A stretch of 44,474 bases of DNA from a virus: the IMG/VR virus record IMGVR_UViG_3300045988_095785, positions 1 to 44,474 of that record; one strand, given 5' to 3'. The notes under the pieces were generated by a model. The model was not told the DNA's origin. It searched no databases and was given only the letters and a program-made list of their open reading frames with translations. Shown in pieces: positions 7,051-14,560 of the stretch. The position numbers and the translations under genes are program-made. Each line of letters begins with the position of its first letter. Positions within the stretch are counted from its first letter, which is position 1.

Positions 7051-7080
7051 ATACCCCGTGGAAATACGGGGTATTTTGTT
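7051..7080 (+). terminator. rho-independent terminator
   Basis: ATACCCCGT / ACGGGGTAT 9-bp stem followed by TTTTGTT. Confidence 0.8.
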
Positions 7081-7135
7081 GCAATTTTATCAAACCTAGT
7101 ATAAAATGAAAGAAAATATATTTAGGGAAAGTAAA

Positions 7136-8287
7136 ATGGAAAATGACGAATTGCTACTAAATAAAAATGTAATAAAAACTAATTCTAAGAATATAATTAT
7201 TAAAAATGGTCATGCTATATTTCAAAATAAAGATAAAGAATTTAATGGCAATTCCATTAAAAAATTATTAGCATATGTAAATACTTTAAAAGAAAAATAT
7301 GCAAATGTTAGAATGCCTATTATTATAAATTTAGGTGATATAGTATTTACTGATAAGTTAACATATATTTTTCTTGAAATAATATGCAATATATTAATAA
7401 AAAGTTATGGACATAGGGTTACAGTGATTTTCAAGTGTGAACATAATATTTTTATAGAAGGAATTGCGTCTTCTCCATTATTGTTATTAAACAACAGCGA
7501 TAAAGACAACATGAAGAAATATACGGATAAGTTCTGTGATGATCTATATAAAAATCATTATAGAAGGGTAATGAGAAAGAGTTCAAATAATGTAGAGTTA
7601 TCAAGAAGAATGGATGATATTTCTTATTTTTTAAAGTATTCTGGTGTTGGAGAAGAGTGTATTGATGAAATATCGGAAGTTATTGTTGAACTAATAGGAA
7701 ATGCTTGGGAGCATGCAGCGTCTGAATGTCTGGTAGATTTGGATGTTACGAATTCTTATTTTAAACAAGAAAATAGTAGTGCGTTTTTGGGTATAAATAT
7801 TGCAGTGATTAATTTTTCTGAAAAACTGTTAGGAGATGGCATTAAAAGAAAGATAACAAATCAAGATATAAATTTATTTGAAAGATATGTGTTAGTAAAA
7901 GAAGCCTATGAAAAACATAAGTCTTTTATGAATTCAGTGTATCAAGATGCTGATTTTTTTAACATTGCTGCTTTTCAACACAAAATATCAGGAAGAAATA
8001 AAAAGGTATCTACAGGAGGTACTGGACTTACAAAGTTAATATCTTCTCTTGAAAAGCGTTCAGATGCTCATAAGTGCTACTTAATTACTGGGAACAGAGC
8101 ATTGTGGTTTTTCCATCAATATCTTGAGTACAATAAAGAAGGATGGATTGGGTTTAATGAGAGTAATGACTTTTTTAGTCAGGCCCCTTCGGGTATAGTA
8201 ACAGGGAGTAATTCTATATTTTTGCCTGGTACTGCGTATAATTTGAATTTTGTTATGAAAAGGAGAGAAGAAAAGTGGATAATATAA
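7136..8287 (+). CDS. GHKL (Bergerat-fold) ATPase / kinase-like protein with an unknown N-terminal domain
   Basis: Track ORF 7106..8287; ATG 7136 is preferred because 7106 abuts the -10 element. N-box EVIVELIGNAWEHA and G2-like STGGTGLTKL are present. Very AT-rich. Confidence 0.7.
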   Translation: MENDELLLNKNVIKTNSKNIIIKNGHAIFQNKDKEFNGNSIKKLLAYVNTLKEKYANVRMPIIINLGDIVFTDKLTYIFLEIICNILIKSYGHRVTVIFKCEHNIFIEGIASSPLLLLNNSDKDNMKKYTDKFCDDLYKNHYRRVMRKSSNNVELSRRMDDISYFLKYSGVGEECIDEISEVIVELIGNAWEHAASECLVDLDVTNSYFKQENSSAFLGINIAVINFSEKLLGDGIKRKITNQDINLFERYVLVKEAYEKHKSFMNSVYQDADFFNIAAFQHKISGRNKKVSTGGTGLTKLISSLEKRSDAHKCYLITGNRALWFFHQYLEYNKEGWIGFNESNDFFSQAPSGIVTGSNSIFLPGTAYNLNFVMKRREEKWII

Positions 8288-8559
8288 TTAAGCTAAAATT
8301 TGAAAAATCATTGGAAGGCTTAGCAGGGTATGAATTTGGAATGGAAACATACAAAAATCAGGTTGAAAATAGAATTAATTTTGACCAAAAAATAACAATC
8401 GTATTTCCAGATAATATTCAAAGAATTGCCTCTTCTTTTATACAGGGTTTTTTTGAAAATATTGTACAACACATTGGGGTGTCAGGAGTTGAAAAGAATA
8501 TTGAAATTATTTCAACTAAGGAAGAACTGAAAAAAATAATAATTAGTAATTTATTATGA
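8275..8559 (+). CDS. STAS-like (DUF4325-type) small protein
   Basis: GTG start follows AAAGGAGAG and overlaps the upstream gene by 13 nt. The motif FPDNIQRIASSFIQGFFENI resembles DUF4325 (from memory). Confidence 0.6.
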   Translation: MDNIIKLKFEKSLEGLAGYEFGMETYKNQVENRINFDQKITIVFPDNIQRIASSFIQGFFENIVQHIGVSGVEKNIEIISTKEELKKIIISNLL

Positions 8560-8568
8560 GGTATTACG

Positions 8569-9045
8569 ATGTGGAGTGATTTTTTATCAATTGTGGCTAT
8601 TATTATTTCAATTGTCGTTGCGATTGTTGAATACATTAAAGAGGTACGATTAAGTCGTATAAATTTAGAATCAGAATATTATAAAGATATTTATAAAAAT
8701 CATTTAGTATATGAAATACCAACTGCTAGGAAATATATAAAATTTGATTTATATAATAAACTTATAGATGCAGATAAACTTATCAATGAATTGCAAAAAT
8801 TAAGGCAAGACTCTTTATATTTTCAGTATAATAATCCAGAATTTTATAAGCAATTAAAAGAGACTATCCAAAATCTAGAGGATTACTTAGTCACGAATAC
8901 AGGTAAAGAGTTTATTGGCGAAGAGCAGACTATAGTGTATAATACAATAAAAGACAATATTAATGAAATTTATAGAATAATATCTAATGGTTATCTAGGA
9001 AAGAAAAATATTAGATTTAAAAAGTTAAAAATAAAATTTGAATAA
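8569..9045 (+). CDS. membrane-anchored coiled-coil protein (N-terminal TM helix), unknown function
   Basis: ORF track. FLSIVAIIISIVVAIVEYI is a hydrophobic helix. GAGGT RBS. Confidence 0.6.
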   Translation: MWSDFLSIVAIIISIVVAIVEYIKEVRLSRINLESEYYKDIYKNHLVYEIPTARKYIKFDLYNKLIDADKLINELQKLRQDSLYFQYNNPEFYKQLKETIQNLEDYLVTNTGKEFIGEEQTIVYNTIKDNINEIYRIISNGYLGKKNIRFKKLKIKFE

Positions 9046-9077
9046 ATATTACATATTTCATTTTAGGTATTACATCG

Positions 9078-9113
9078 AGCGTCTGGTCAGATAACTGGCT
9101 GGGCGCTTTTGTT
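9078..9113 (+). terminator. rho-independent terminator of the low-GC cassette
   Basis: AGCGTCTGGTCAG-ATAA-CTGGCTGGGCGCT stem (with G-U pairs) followed by TTTTGTT. Confidence 0.7.
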
Positions 9114-9115
9114 AT

Positions 9116-9187
9116 GGGTATATAGCTCAGAGGGAGAGCGGCGGCCTTATAAGGCGTGTGCCGCCGGTTCGATCCCGGCTATGCCTA
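9116..9187 (+). tRNA. tRNA-Ile(UAU)?: tRNA-like gene, anticodon loop CTTATAA (UAU, Ile) with an imperfect anticodon stem
   Basis: Acceptor GGGTATA/TATGCCT (two G-U pairs); D arm GCTC-AGAGGGA-GAGC; T arm GCCGG-TTCGATC-CCGGC. The anticodon stem GCGGC/GGCGT has one G-G mismatch. Confidence 0.6.
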
Positions 9188-9212
9188 TTAAGCGTATGGG
9201 ATAATCCTCCAT

Positions 9213-9241
9213 TTGACATAATAAAACATATGTTCTATAAT
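9213..9241 (+). promoter_or_regulatory. consensus sigmaA promoter TTGACA-17-TATAAT
   Basis: TTGACA 9213-9218, TATAAT 9236-9241, 17-nt spacer. Confidence 0.8.
9224..9235 (+). promoter_or_regulatory. SOS (Cheo) box-like site AAACATATGTTC in the promoter spacer
   Basis: 11 of 12 match to GAAC-N4-GTTC. The core AACATATGTTC equals the Bacillus-type consensus core. Confidence 0.65.
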
Positions 9242-9250
9242 GATTAAAAA

Positions 9251-9262
9251 GAACACATGTTT
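9251..9262 (+). promoter_or_regulatory. SOS box-like site GAACACATGTTT just downstream of the -10
   Basis: 11 of 12 match to GAAC-N4-GTTC. Confidence 0.6.
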
Positions 9263-9274
9263 GGAGATGATAAA

Positions 9275-9508
9275 ATGAAAACCGGACCAACAAGGCGGCA
9301 GATGGACGTGTATAACTTCATTGTTGCTTATATAACAAAAAATATGTATTCCCCGTCTGTGAGGGACATATGTAAGGCAATAGGGATTAATTCAACGTCA
9401 GCGGTGTGGGTTCATCTGGAGGCACTAAAACGTTGGGGACTGATTGATTATAAGCCAGCACAGACGAGGAGCATAGTATTAAAGGGTTATAAACTGGTAA
9501 AAGAGTAA
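9275..9508 (+). CDS. LexA N-terminal DNA-binding-domain-only protein (winged HTH, no S24 peptidase domain)
   Basis: TRRQMDVYNFIVAYITKNMYSPSVRDICKAIGINSTSAVWVHLEALKRWGLI parallels the LexA N-terminus (RQ..L.FI...G.PPSVREI...G..S.S.V..HL..LE.KG.I). The ORF stops after about 77 aa. Confidence 0.75.
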   Translation: MKTGPTRRQMDVYNFIVAYITKNMYSPSVRDICKAIGINSTSAVWVHLEALKRWGLIDYKPAQTRSIVLKGYKLVKE

Positions 9509-9533
9509 GAGGCACTTCGGTGTCTCTTTTTGT
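9508..9533 (+). terminator. rho-independent terminator
   Basis: AGAGGCAC-TTCG-GTGTCTCT followed by TTTTTGT. Confidence 0.75.
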
Positions 9534-9546
9534 ATACAGAAAAGAG

Positions 9547-10023
9547 GTGAGCCTTACGGCTAAAGGAAAATATGAATACTGGTTGACGCCGGAAGGCTTG
9601 CTTTTGCTGGAAGGATGGGCCAGAGATGGTCTGATAGATGAACAAATAGCTGAGAACATGGGTATAGTACCTTCTACTCTGTATCGGTGGAAAAATGAAC
9701 ACGAGGAGATTTCGGAGGCCCTAAAAAAGGGGAAAGAGGTAGTGGACCGGCAGGTAGAGAATGCTTTACTTAAACGGGCATTGGGATATTCTTATGAAGA
9801 AGTAACTAAAGAGATATGCGAAAATCCAGAAACGGGTAATCTGGAAATGAAAATAACCAAGAAGGTAAAAAAAGAAGTGGTACCAGATACAACGGCACAA
9901 ATCTTCTGGTTGAAGAACCGCAGGCCGGATAAGTGGAGAGATAAGCATGAGGTAAATGGTAATTCAGGTGAGAAAGCTGTAGAAAAGTACATAAGAGCTA
10001 TAGAGGAGGATATGAGGAAGTGA
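9547..10023 (+). CDS. terS: terminase small subunit
   Basis: Motifs KYEYWLTPEGLLLLEGWARDGL and PDTTAQIFWLKNRRPDKWRDK. GTG 9547 is chosen because track start 9520 lies inside the terminator hairpin; the start is uncertain. Confidence 0.8.
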   Translation: MSLTAKGKYEYWLTPEGLLLLEGWARDGLIDEQIAENMGIVPSTLYRWKNEHEEISEALKKGKEVVDRQVENALLKRALGYSYEEVTKEICENPETGNLEMKITKKVKKEVVPDTTAQIFWLKNRRPDKWRDKHEVNGNSGEKAVEKYIRAIEEDMRK

Positions 10024-11225
10024 GTATAAATCAGCTCTACAGTCCGAAGCAACAATCCGTCCTTAAATTTGCCATGAACAATGATTATTTCATGCTTATC
10101 AATCACGGAGCGAAGCGTTCTGGTAAAACCGTTCTGGACAATGATCTATTTCTCTATGAGCTGTTGCGGGTGAGACGGATAGCAGAATCCCTGGGAGTTG
10201 CCTTACCACAATATATCCTTGCTGGTTCCGATTTAGGAGCTATCAACAGGAATATCCTGAATGAGCTGACAAATAAGTACGGGTTGGAATTTCAATTTGA
10301 CAGGTTCAATAGATTCAAATTATTTGGAGTGCAGGTGTGCTGCTTCGGACACAGCAAAATAAATGATTTGACTAGGATTCGTGGTATGACTGCCTATGGC
10401 GCTTATATCAATGAGGCCACAGTATCAAACCAGGAGGTTTTCAATGAGATTAAATCCAGATGCTCAGGAGACGGTGCCCGTCTGATAATAGATACAAATC
10501 CCGACAGCCCCTCACACTGGCTGAAAAAGGATTATATAGACAATGCGGACGGATTTACAATACATGCGGAACAGTGGAAGCTCACAGATAATACATTCAC
10601 GACAGAGAGGTACAGACGCAGTATCATGGAAACTACACCATCCGGTATGTTTTATGACAGGGACATCAACGGGGCATGGGTAGCGGCGGCCGGTATTATA
10701 TATCCGGATTTTGACCGTAATGTGCACTATATATCAAAAGAACGGGTGCCGCAGATAGTAAGGCATTGGGTTGGGGTAGACTTTGGATGGGAGCACCCAG
10801 GATGTTTCTTGTTGTTTGGCGAGGGAACGGATGGAAACATCTATATACTAAAAGAGTGGACAGCCAAATATCGTTCCATTGATGATTGGATAAAGATAGG
10901 CCAGGAATTGACGGATAAATATGGATACATAAACTTTTATTGTGATTCTGCCCGACCTGATCTAATTTATGAGATGAGGAAAGAGGGACTGAGGGCTATA
11001 AAAGCAATAAAGGATGTGATCGCAGGGATTGCAGAGGTGGCGACGTTGTTTAAGACACGTCGTCTTTTTGCTGTTCGGGAAGAGGTGGAAGAGTTTGACA
11101 ACGAGATTGACACCTATGCATGGAAAGAGGGAGAAGAAGCTCCGGTAAAAGAAATGGATGACGTGATGGATGCTATGAGATACGGCATATACAGTGATAA
11201 AAAATATGGAGAAAGGGGTGAGTGA
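10020..11225 (+). CDS. terL: terminase large subunit
   Basis: Walker A GAKRSGKT; size and position; GTGA overlap with terS. Confidence 0.9.
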   Translation: MSINQLYSPKQQSVLKFAMNNDYFMLINHGAKRSGKTVLDNDLFLYELLRVRRIAESLGVALPQYILAGSDLGAINRNILNELTNKYGLEFQFDRFNRFKLFGVQVCCFGHSKINDLTRIRGMTAYGAYINEATVSNQEVFNEIKSRCSGDGARLIIDTNPDSPSHWLKKDYIDNADGFTIHAEQWKLTDNTFTTERYRRSIMETTPSGMFYDRDINGAWVAAAGIIYPDFDRNVHYISKERVPQIVRHWVGVDFGWEHPGCFLLFGEGTDGNIYILKEWTAKYRSIDDWIKIGQELTDKYGYINFYCDSARPDLIYEMRKEGLRAIKAIKDVIAGIAEVATLFKTRRLFAVREEVEEFDNEIDTYAWKEGEEAPVKEMDDVMDAMRYGIYSDKKYGERGE

Positions 11226-11226
11226 T

Positions 11227-12693
11227 ATGGGGTTTATGGATTTACCAATTTTCATATTAAATGAATTATCTTCTGGGCCATACGGACCGTATGTAACGCA
11301 ACGGTTAGCCGAGATACAGAAATGGTATGAAATATATGAGGAAGGCGCTGAATTCAATATTGAAGATGTGGGAGAAGACAGTGAGGAAAAGAAGTTCAGT
11401 CCTACAGAGCTGAGATCAAAGAAAATTAAGCGCCTTATCAATAAGCAGGCTGAATTTATGGTAGGTAAACCGCCGGATATAAAAGTGACATGCCCAGATG
11501 AAGAAAAGACAGATGACGGAAAACCAAATGAAACGGCGATGCAGGAATATCTGAAAGAGGTATTAAAGAAATGCCTGTGGTCTGGAAAATTGTTAAAGGG
11601 GGCTAAAGATTGTTTTATTGGGGGCAAGGTTGCAATCAAGGTAAATGTTGCACCTGATAAACTGGGAATCATGTTTGTGCCTGCTGATGGATTCCTGTAT
11701 GAGACTGAGCCTGATGATATAGACGTAATCAGCAAAGTAATCCTATTTTACTGTGTGACTCCTGATGATGAGGATAAAACACGGCAGCGATGGTGGAGGC
11801 AACGCTATCGCATGGAGAATGGTAAGTGTTATGTAGCCGAAAGCCTTCATGACGGATACGGAGAGCTGATAGAAGGATATAAGATTGAGGACCGTGACAC
11901 TGGCCTGGACAGAATCCCAGTATATGTGATTGTTAATGACGGGGTATCGGGAGATATGGATGGAGATTCCGACGTGGAAATGATCCAGGATGAGGACTCA
12001 TGGTACAGTAAGATGCGTTCTGCTAACCTGGATACCGTAAGAAAAACCATGAATGCAATTACATGGGTAAGTGGAGCAAAACCAGAGGCCATTAAGAAAC
12101 TGGTGAATGAGCCGGGTGTTGTATGGGACCTGCAGGCAGACCCCGTTCTCGATGGGAAAACACCAACGACGGGAACTATAGAGAATAGCTTTAACTATGG
12201 AGATACCTATAAAGATACACTGGCGAACATCAACGAGAATATGCATGACAGCCTGGGAATCCCAGATTTAAGCCTTGAAAAGACACAGGGGTTAATGACA
12301 TCTGGCAAGGGATTAAAGATGCTCTATTGGCCTCTTATATGCCGTTGTGAGGCAAAATGGATGGCATGGAAACCGGCACTTGAATGGCTGGCTGAATTAC
12401 TGTTGTATGCTGCCGAAGTGTTCCCTGGACTTAAAACCATATATGGAGATTTTCAGCAGGCGGAACACATCATTACTATTGAAAACCAGTATCCGTTACC
12501 AGAAGACGAGGCGGAAGAACGGGCACTTGACCTGCAGGAAGTAGGCACAGGACGGTCCATCAAATCATACCTGAAAGAATGGGGCGGGCCGGATCACAAA
12601 GGAATGACCGATGAAGATGCTGATTCAGAAATTGAGCAAATGGTGAAAGAAAAGAGGATGCTGGAAGAAAGCTTCCCCGGAGGGGTGATGTAA
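11227..12693 (+). CDS. portal protein
   Basis: About 488 aa directly after terL. ATG 11227 follows AAGGGGTGAG. Confidence 0.85.
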   Translation: MGFMDLPIFILNELSSGPYGPYVTQRLAEIQKWYEIYEEGAEFNIEDVGEDSEEKKFSPTELRSKKIKRLINKQAEFMVGKPPDIKVTCPDEEKTDDGKPNETAMQEYLKEVLKKCLWSGKLLKGAKDCFIGGKVAIKVNVAPDKLGIMFVPADGFLYETEPDDIDVISKVILFYCVTPDDEDKTRQRWWRQRYRMENGKCYVAESLHDGYGELIEGYKIEDRDTGLDRIPVYVIVNDGVSGDMDGDSDVEMIQDEDSWYSKMRSANLDTVRKTMNAITWVSGAKPEAIKKLVNEPGVVWDLQADPVLDGKTPTTGTIENSFNYGDTYKDTLANINENMHDSLGIPDLSLEKTQGLMTSGKGLKMLYWPLICRCEAKWMAWKPALEWLAELLLYAAEVFPGLKTIYGDFQQAEHIITIENQYPLPEDEAEERALDLQEVGTGRSIKSYLKEWGGPDHKGMTDEDADSEIEQMVKEKRMLEESFPGGVM

Positions 12694-13608
12694 TTGCCAT
12701 ACGGACATATACGGCAATACCTGGAACTGGCAGAAGAATCACAGCGTAAGCGGATAGAGATAACAGAGAGCCAGCGGCGGCAGATAGCGAAGTTATACAG
12801 CGATATCGCAAAGGAGTTCGGGCATGAGCTTCATAAGCATGATAAAACGACCTTGACTTACAGATGGATGAAGGACTATGCAAAAGCCCTCAAAGACCGA
12901 AGCAAAGAGTTATACAACGAATTGCAAGGTCTTGTAAAGAAAGGAATACTGGATACTGCAGAGGCCGTAACGCAGTCAGAGGTGGCGTTCTGGTCATCCT
13001 TGGATAAGAGCGTGTCAGAACGTTTTAAGGACGTTTTTTCCACGATACCGCAGGAATGTGCAGATGAGCTTATGAGCGGCGGCATATACAAGGACTTTAC
13101 TGGATTGTCAGAGCGGCTATGGAACTATAAGAAGCAATTTGACACAGATATAGGATACATTATCCAGAGGGGGATAATTGAACAGAAGTCCGCCCTGGAA
13201 TTATCGCGTGATCTGGAAATGTATTTGAAACCAGAGGCCAGAAAGCCCTGGGAATGGAAAAAAGTGTATCCAAAAAGTAAAGAAGTCGTAGATTACTGCG
13301 CACAGCGGCTCTCCCGTACATCAATCACTCATGCCTATCAGATGGCATTCGTGAGGAGTACGGAAGATAATCCATTCATTGTAAAATACCAGTGGCATAG
13401 CTCAAATAATGCGAAAAGGACATGTGACTTGTGTAGAGAGCGTGATGGCAAAACCTTTGAAAAATACAATGTTCCGTTGGACCACCCAAATGGGATGTGT
13501 ATTATTACGGCAGTGATTACGAAATCATATGATGAAATCGCAGACGAGCTGACAGCCTGGGCAAAAGGCGCGAACAATCCGGCGCTTGATAAGTGGTTGG
13601 GAAAATGA
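12694..13608 (+). CDS. head morphogenesis protein (SPP1 gp7 / Mu F-like)
   Basis: The C-terminal CDLCRERDGKTF...PLDHPNGMC motif is typical of the family. Position after the portal gene. Confidence 0.8.
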   Translation: MPYGHIRQYLELAEESQRKRIEITESQRRQIAKLYSDIAKEFGHELHKHDKTTLTYRWMKDYAKALKDRSKELYNELQGLVKKGILDTAEAVTQSEVAFWSSLDKSVSERFKDVFSTIPQECADELMSGGIYKDFTGLSERLWNYKKQFDTDIGYIIQRGIIEQKSALELSRDLEMYLKPEARKPWEWKKVYPKSKEVVDYCAQRLSRTSITHAYQMAFVRSTEDNPFIVKYQWHSSNNAKRTCDLCRERDGKTFEKYNVPLDHPNGMCIITAVITKSYDEIADELTAWAKGANNPALDKWLGK

Positions 13609-13619
13609 CGGAGGGAATT

Positions 13620-13823
13620 ATGTGGATTGATGATAATTATAAAGAAGAACTTGACTGGATGGCAGAAAAGTTGAAAAGCTACATTGAAAATCTTTTAAAG
13701 GTACCTGTGACCATGATGAACGTAGAACAAAGTGCCAGTATTCCTGCGCTTTTCCAGACGCTAGAGCACTTATGTGAAAATGGTGCATGTACAAATAAAG
13801 CGGAATGTGAGCGAAGGAGGTGA
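13620..13823 (+). CDS. hypothetical protein (67 aa)
   Basis: ATG follows GGAGGG. In frame with track ORF 13593. Confidence 0.45.
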   Translation: MWIDDNYKEELDWMAEKLKSYIENLLKVPVTMMNVEQSASIPALFQTLEHLCENGACTNKAECERRR

Positions 13824-13840
13824 TCCTGCATCTCCCGTTG

Positions 13841-13866
13841 GACCCTGGGGCATGGGTCTTTTTTCT
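13841..13866 (+). terminator. hairpin + T-run inside the head operon
   Basis: GACCC-TGGGGCAT-GGGTC followed by TTTTTT. Confidence 0.55.
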
Positions 13867-13958
13867 GTAAAAAAATAGACCGGTCCGAAGTCGTTAAACT
13901 ACGGGACGGCAGAGGTAGCGGAACCTCGTTAAACACGTGTAGCCGGGAAAGGAGATAT

Positions 13959-14543
13959 ATGGACAGGAAATTTTTAGAGGGCCTGGGCCTTGAAAAAGAC
14001 GTCATTGACAAGGTGCTTGACCAGAACGGGGCGGAGATTACAACTCTTAAAACACAGCTCACCACAAAGGATACAGAAATTAAGACGTTGAGAGCCGACC
14101 TTATCACAGCCAACAACAGAGTGGGAGAACTTGAAAAGGTAAATGTGGAAGACTTGGAGCGGCAGCTTACAGAGGAGCGGGAGGGCAGAGCGAAGGATAA
14201 GAAAGAATTTGAACTGCGTGCCTTGCTGTCAAAGGAAGGATGTACAGACACAGACTATCTGCTGTATAAGCTGGGAGACGGCGTAGAGTTTGATGACAAG
14301 GGTAAAGTAAAAGACCCTGAGAACTTTGTGAAATCCGTAAAAGAACAGTATGCTGGTCAGTTCCAGGAAGTGCAGCCTGGAGGGACAGGCAATCCTTCTA
14401 ATTTTCCGCGGAAGCGTACTGAAGTTACTCCGCCGGAGAAGAACCCCTACACAGAAAAGGGATGGAACCTCACAGAACAGATGATGATGGAGGTTAACGA
14501 TCCTGAAAAAGCAAAGAGATTAAAGGCAGAAGCAAATGTTTAA
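13959..14543 (+). CDS. scaffolding protein
   Basis: Coiled-coil, charged, about 194 aa, immediately before the capsid gene. Confidence 0.75.
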   Translation: MDRKFLEGLGLEKDVIDKVLDQNGAEITTLKTQLTTKDTEIKTLRADLITANNRVGELEKVNVEDLERQLTEEREGRAKDKKEFELRALLSKEGCTDTDYLLYKLGDGVEFDDKGKVKDPENFVKSVKEQYAGQFQEVQPGGTGNPSNFPRKRTEVTPPEKNPYTEKGWNLTEQMMMEVNDPEKAKRLKAEANV

Positions 14544-14560
14544 TAAGGAGGAAATAAAAC

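Noticed and set aside
6299-7109. Track ORFs 6299..6583(-), 6507..6692(-), 6789..7109(+) and 6845..7093(-)
   Set aside because: They overlap the tRNA-Asn gene or the helix-rich region. They lack RBSs and have improbable composition. The region is better explained as RNA.
10962-11735. 257-aa minus-strand ORF across the terL/portal junction. Similar antisense ORFs occur at 15254..16039, 13679..14251 and 25208..25768.
   Set aside because: They are antisense to well-supported structural genes, have no ribosome-binding sites, and show hydrophobic or low-complexity composition.
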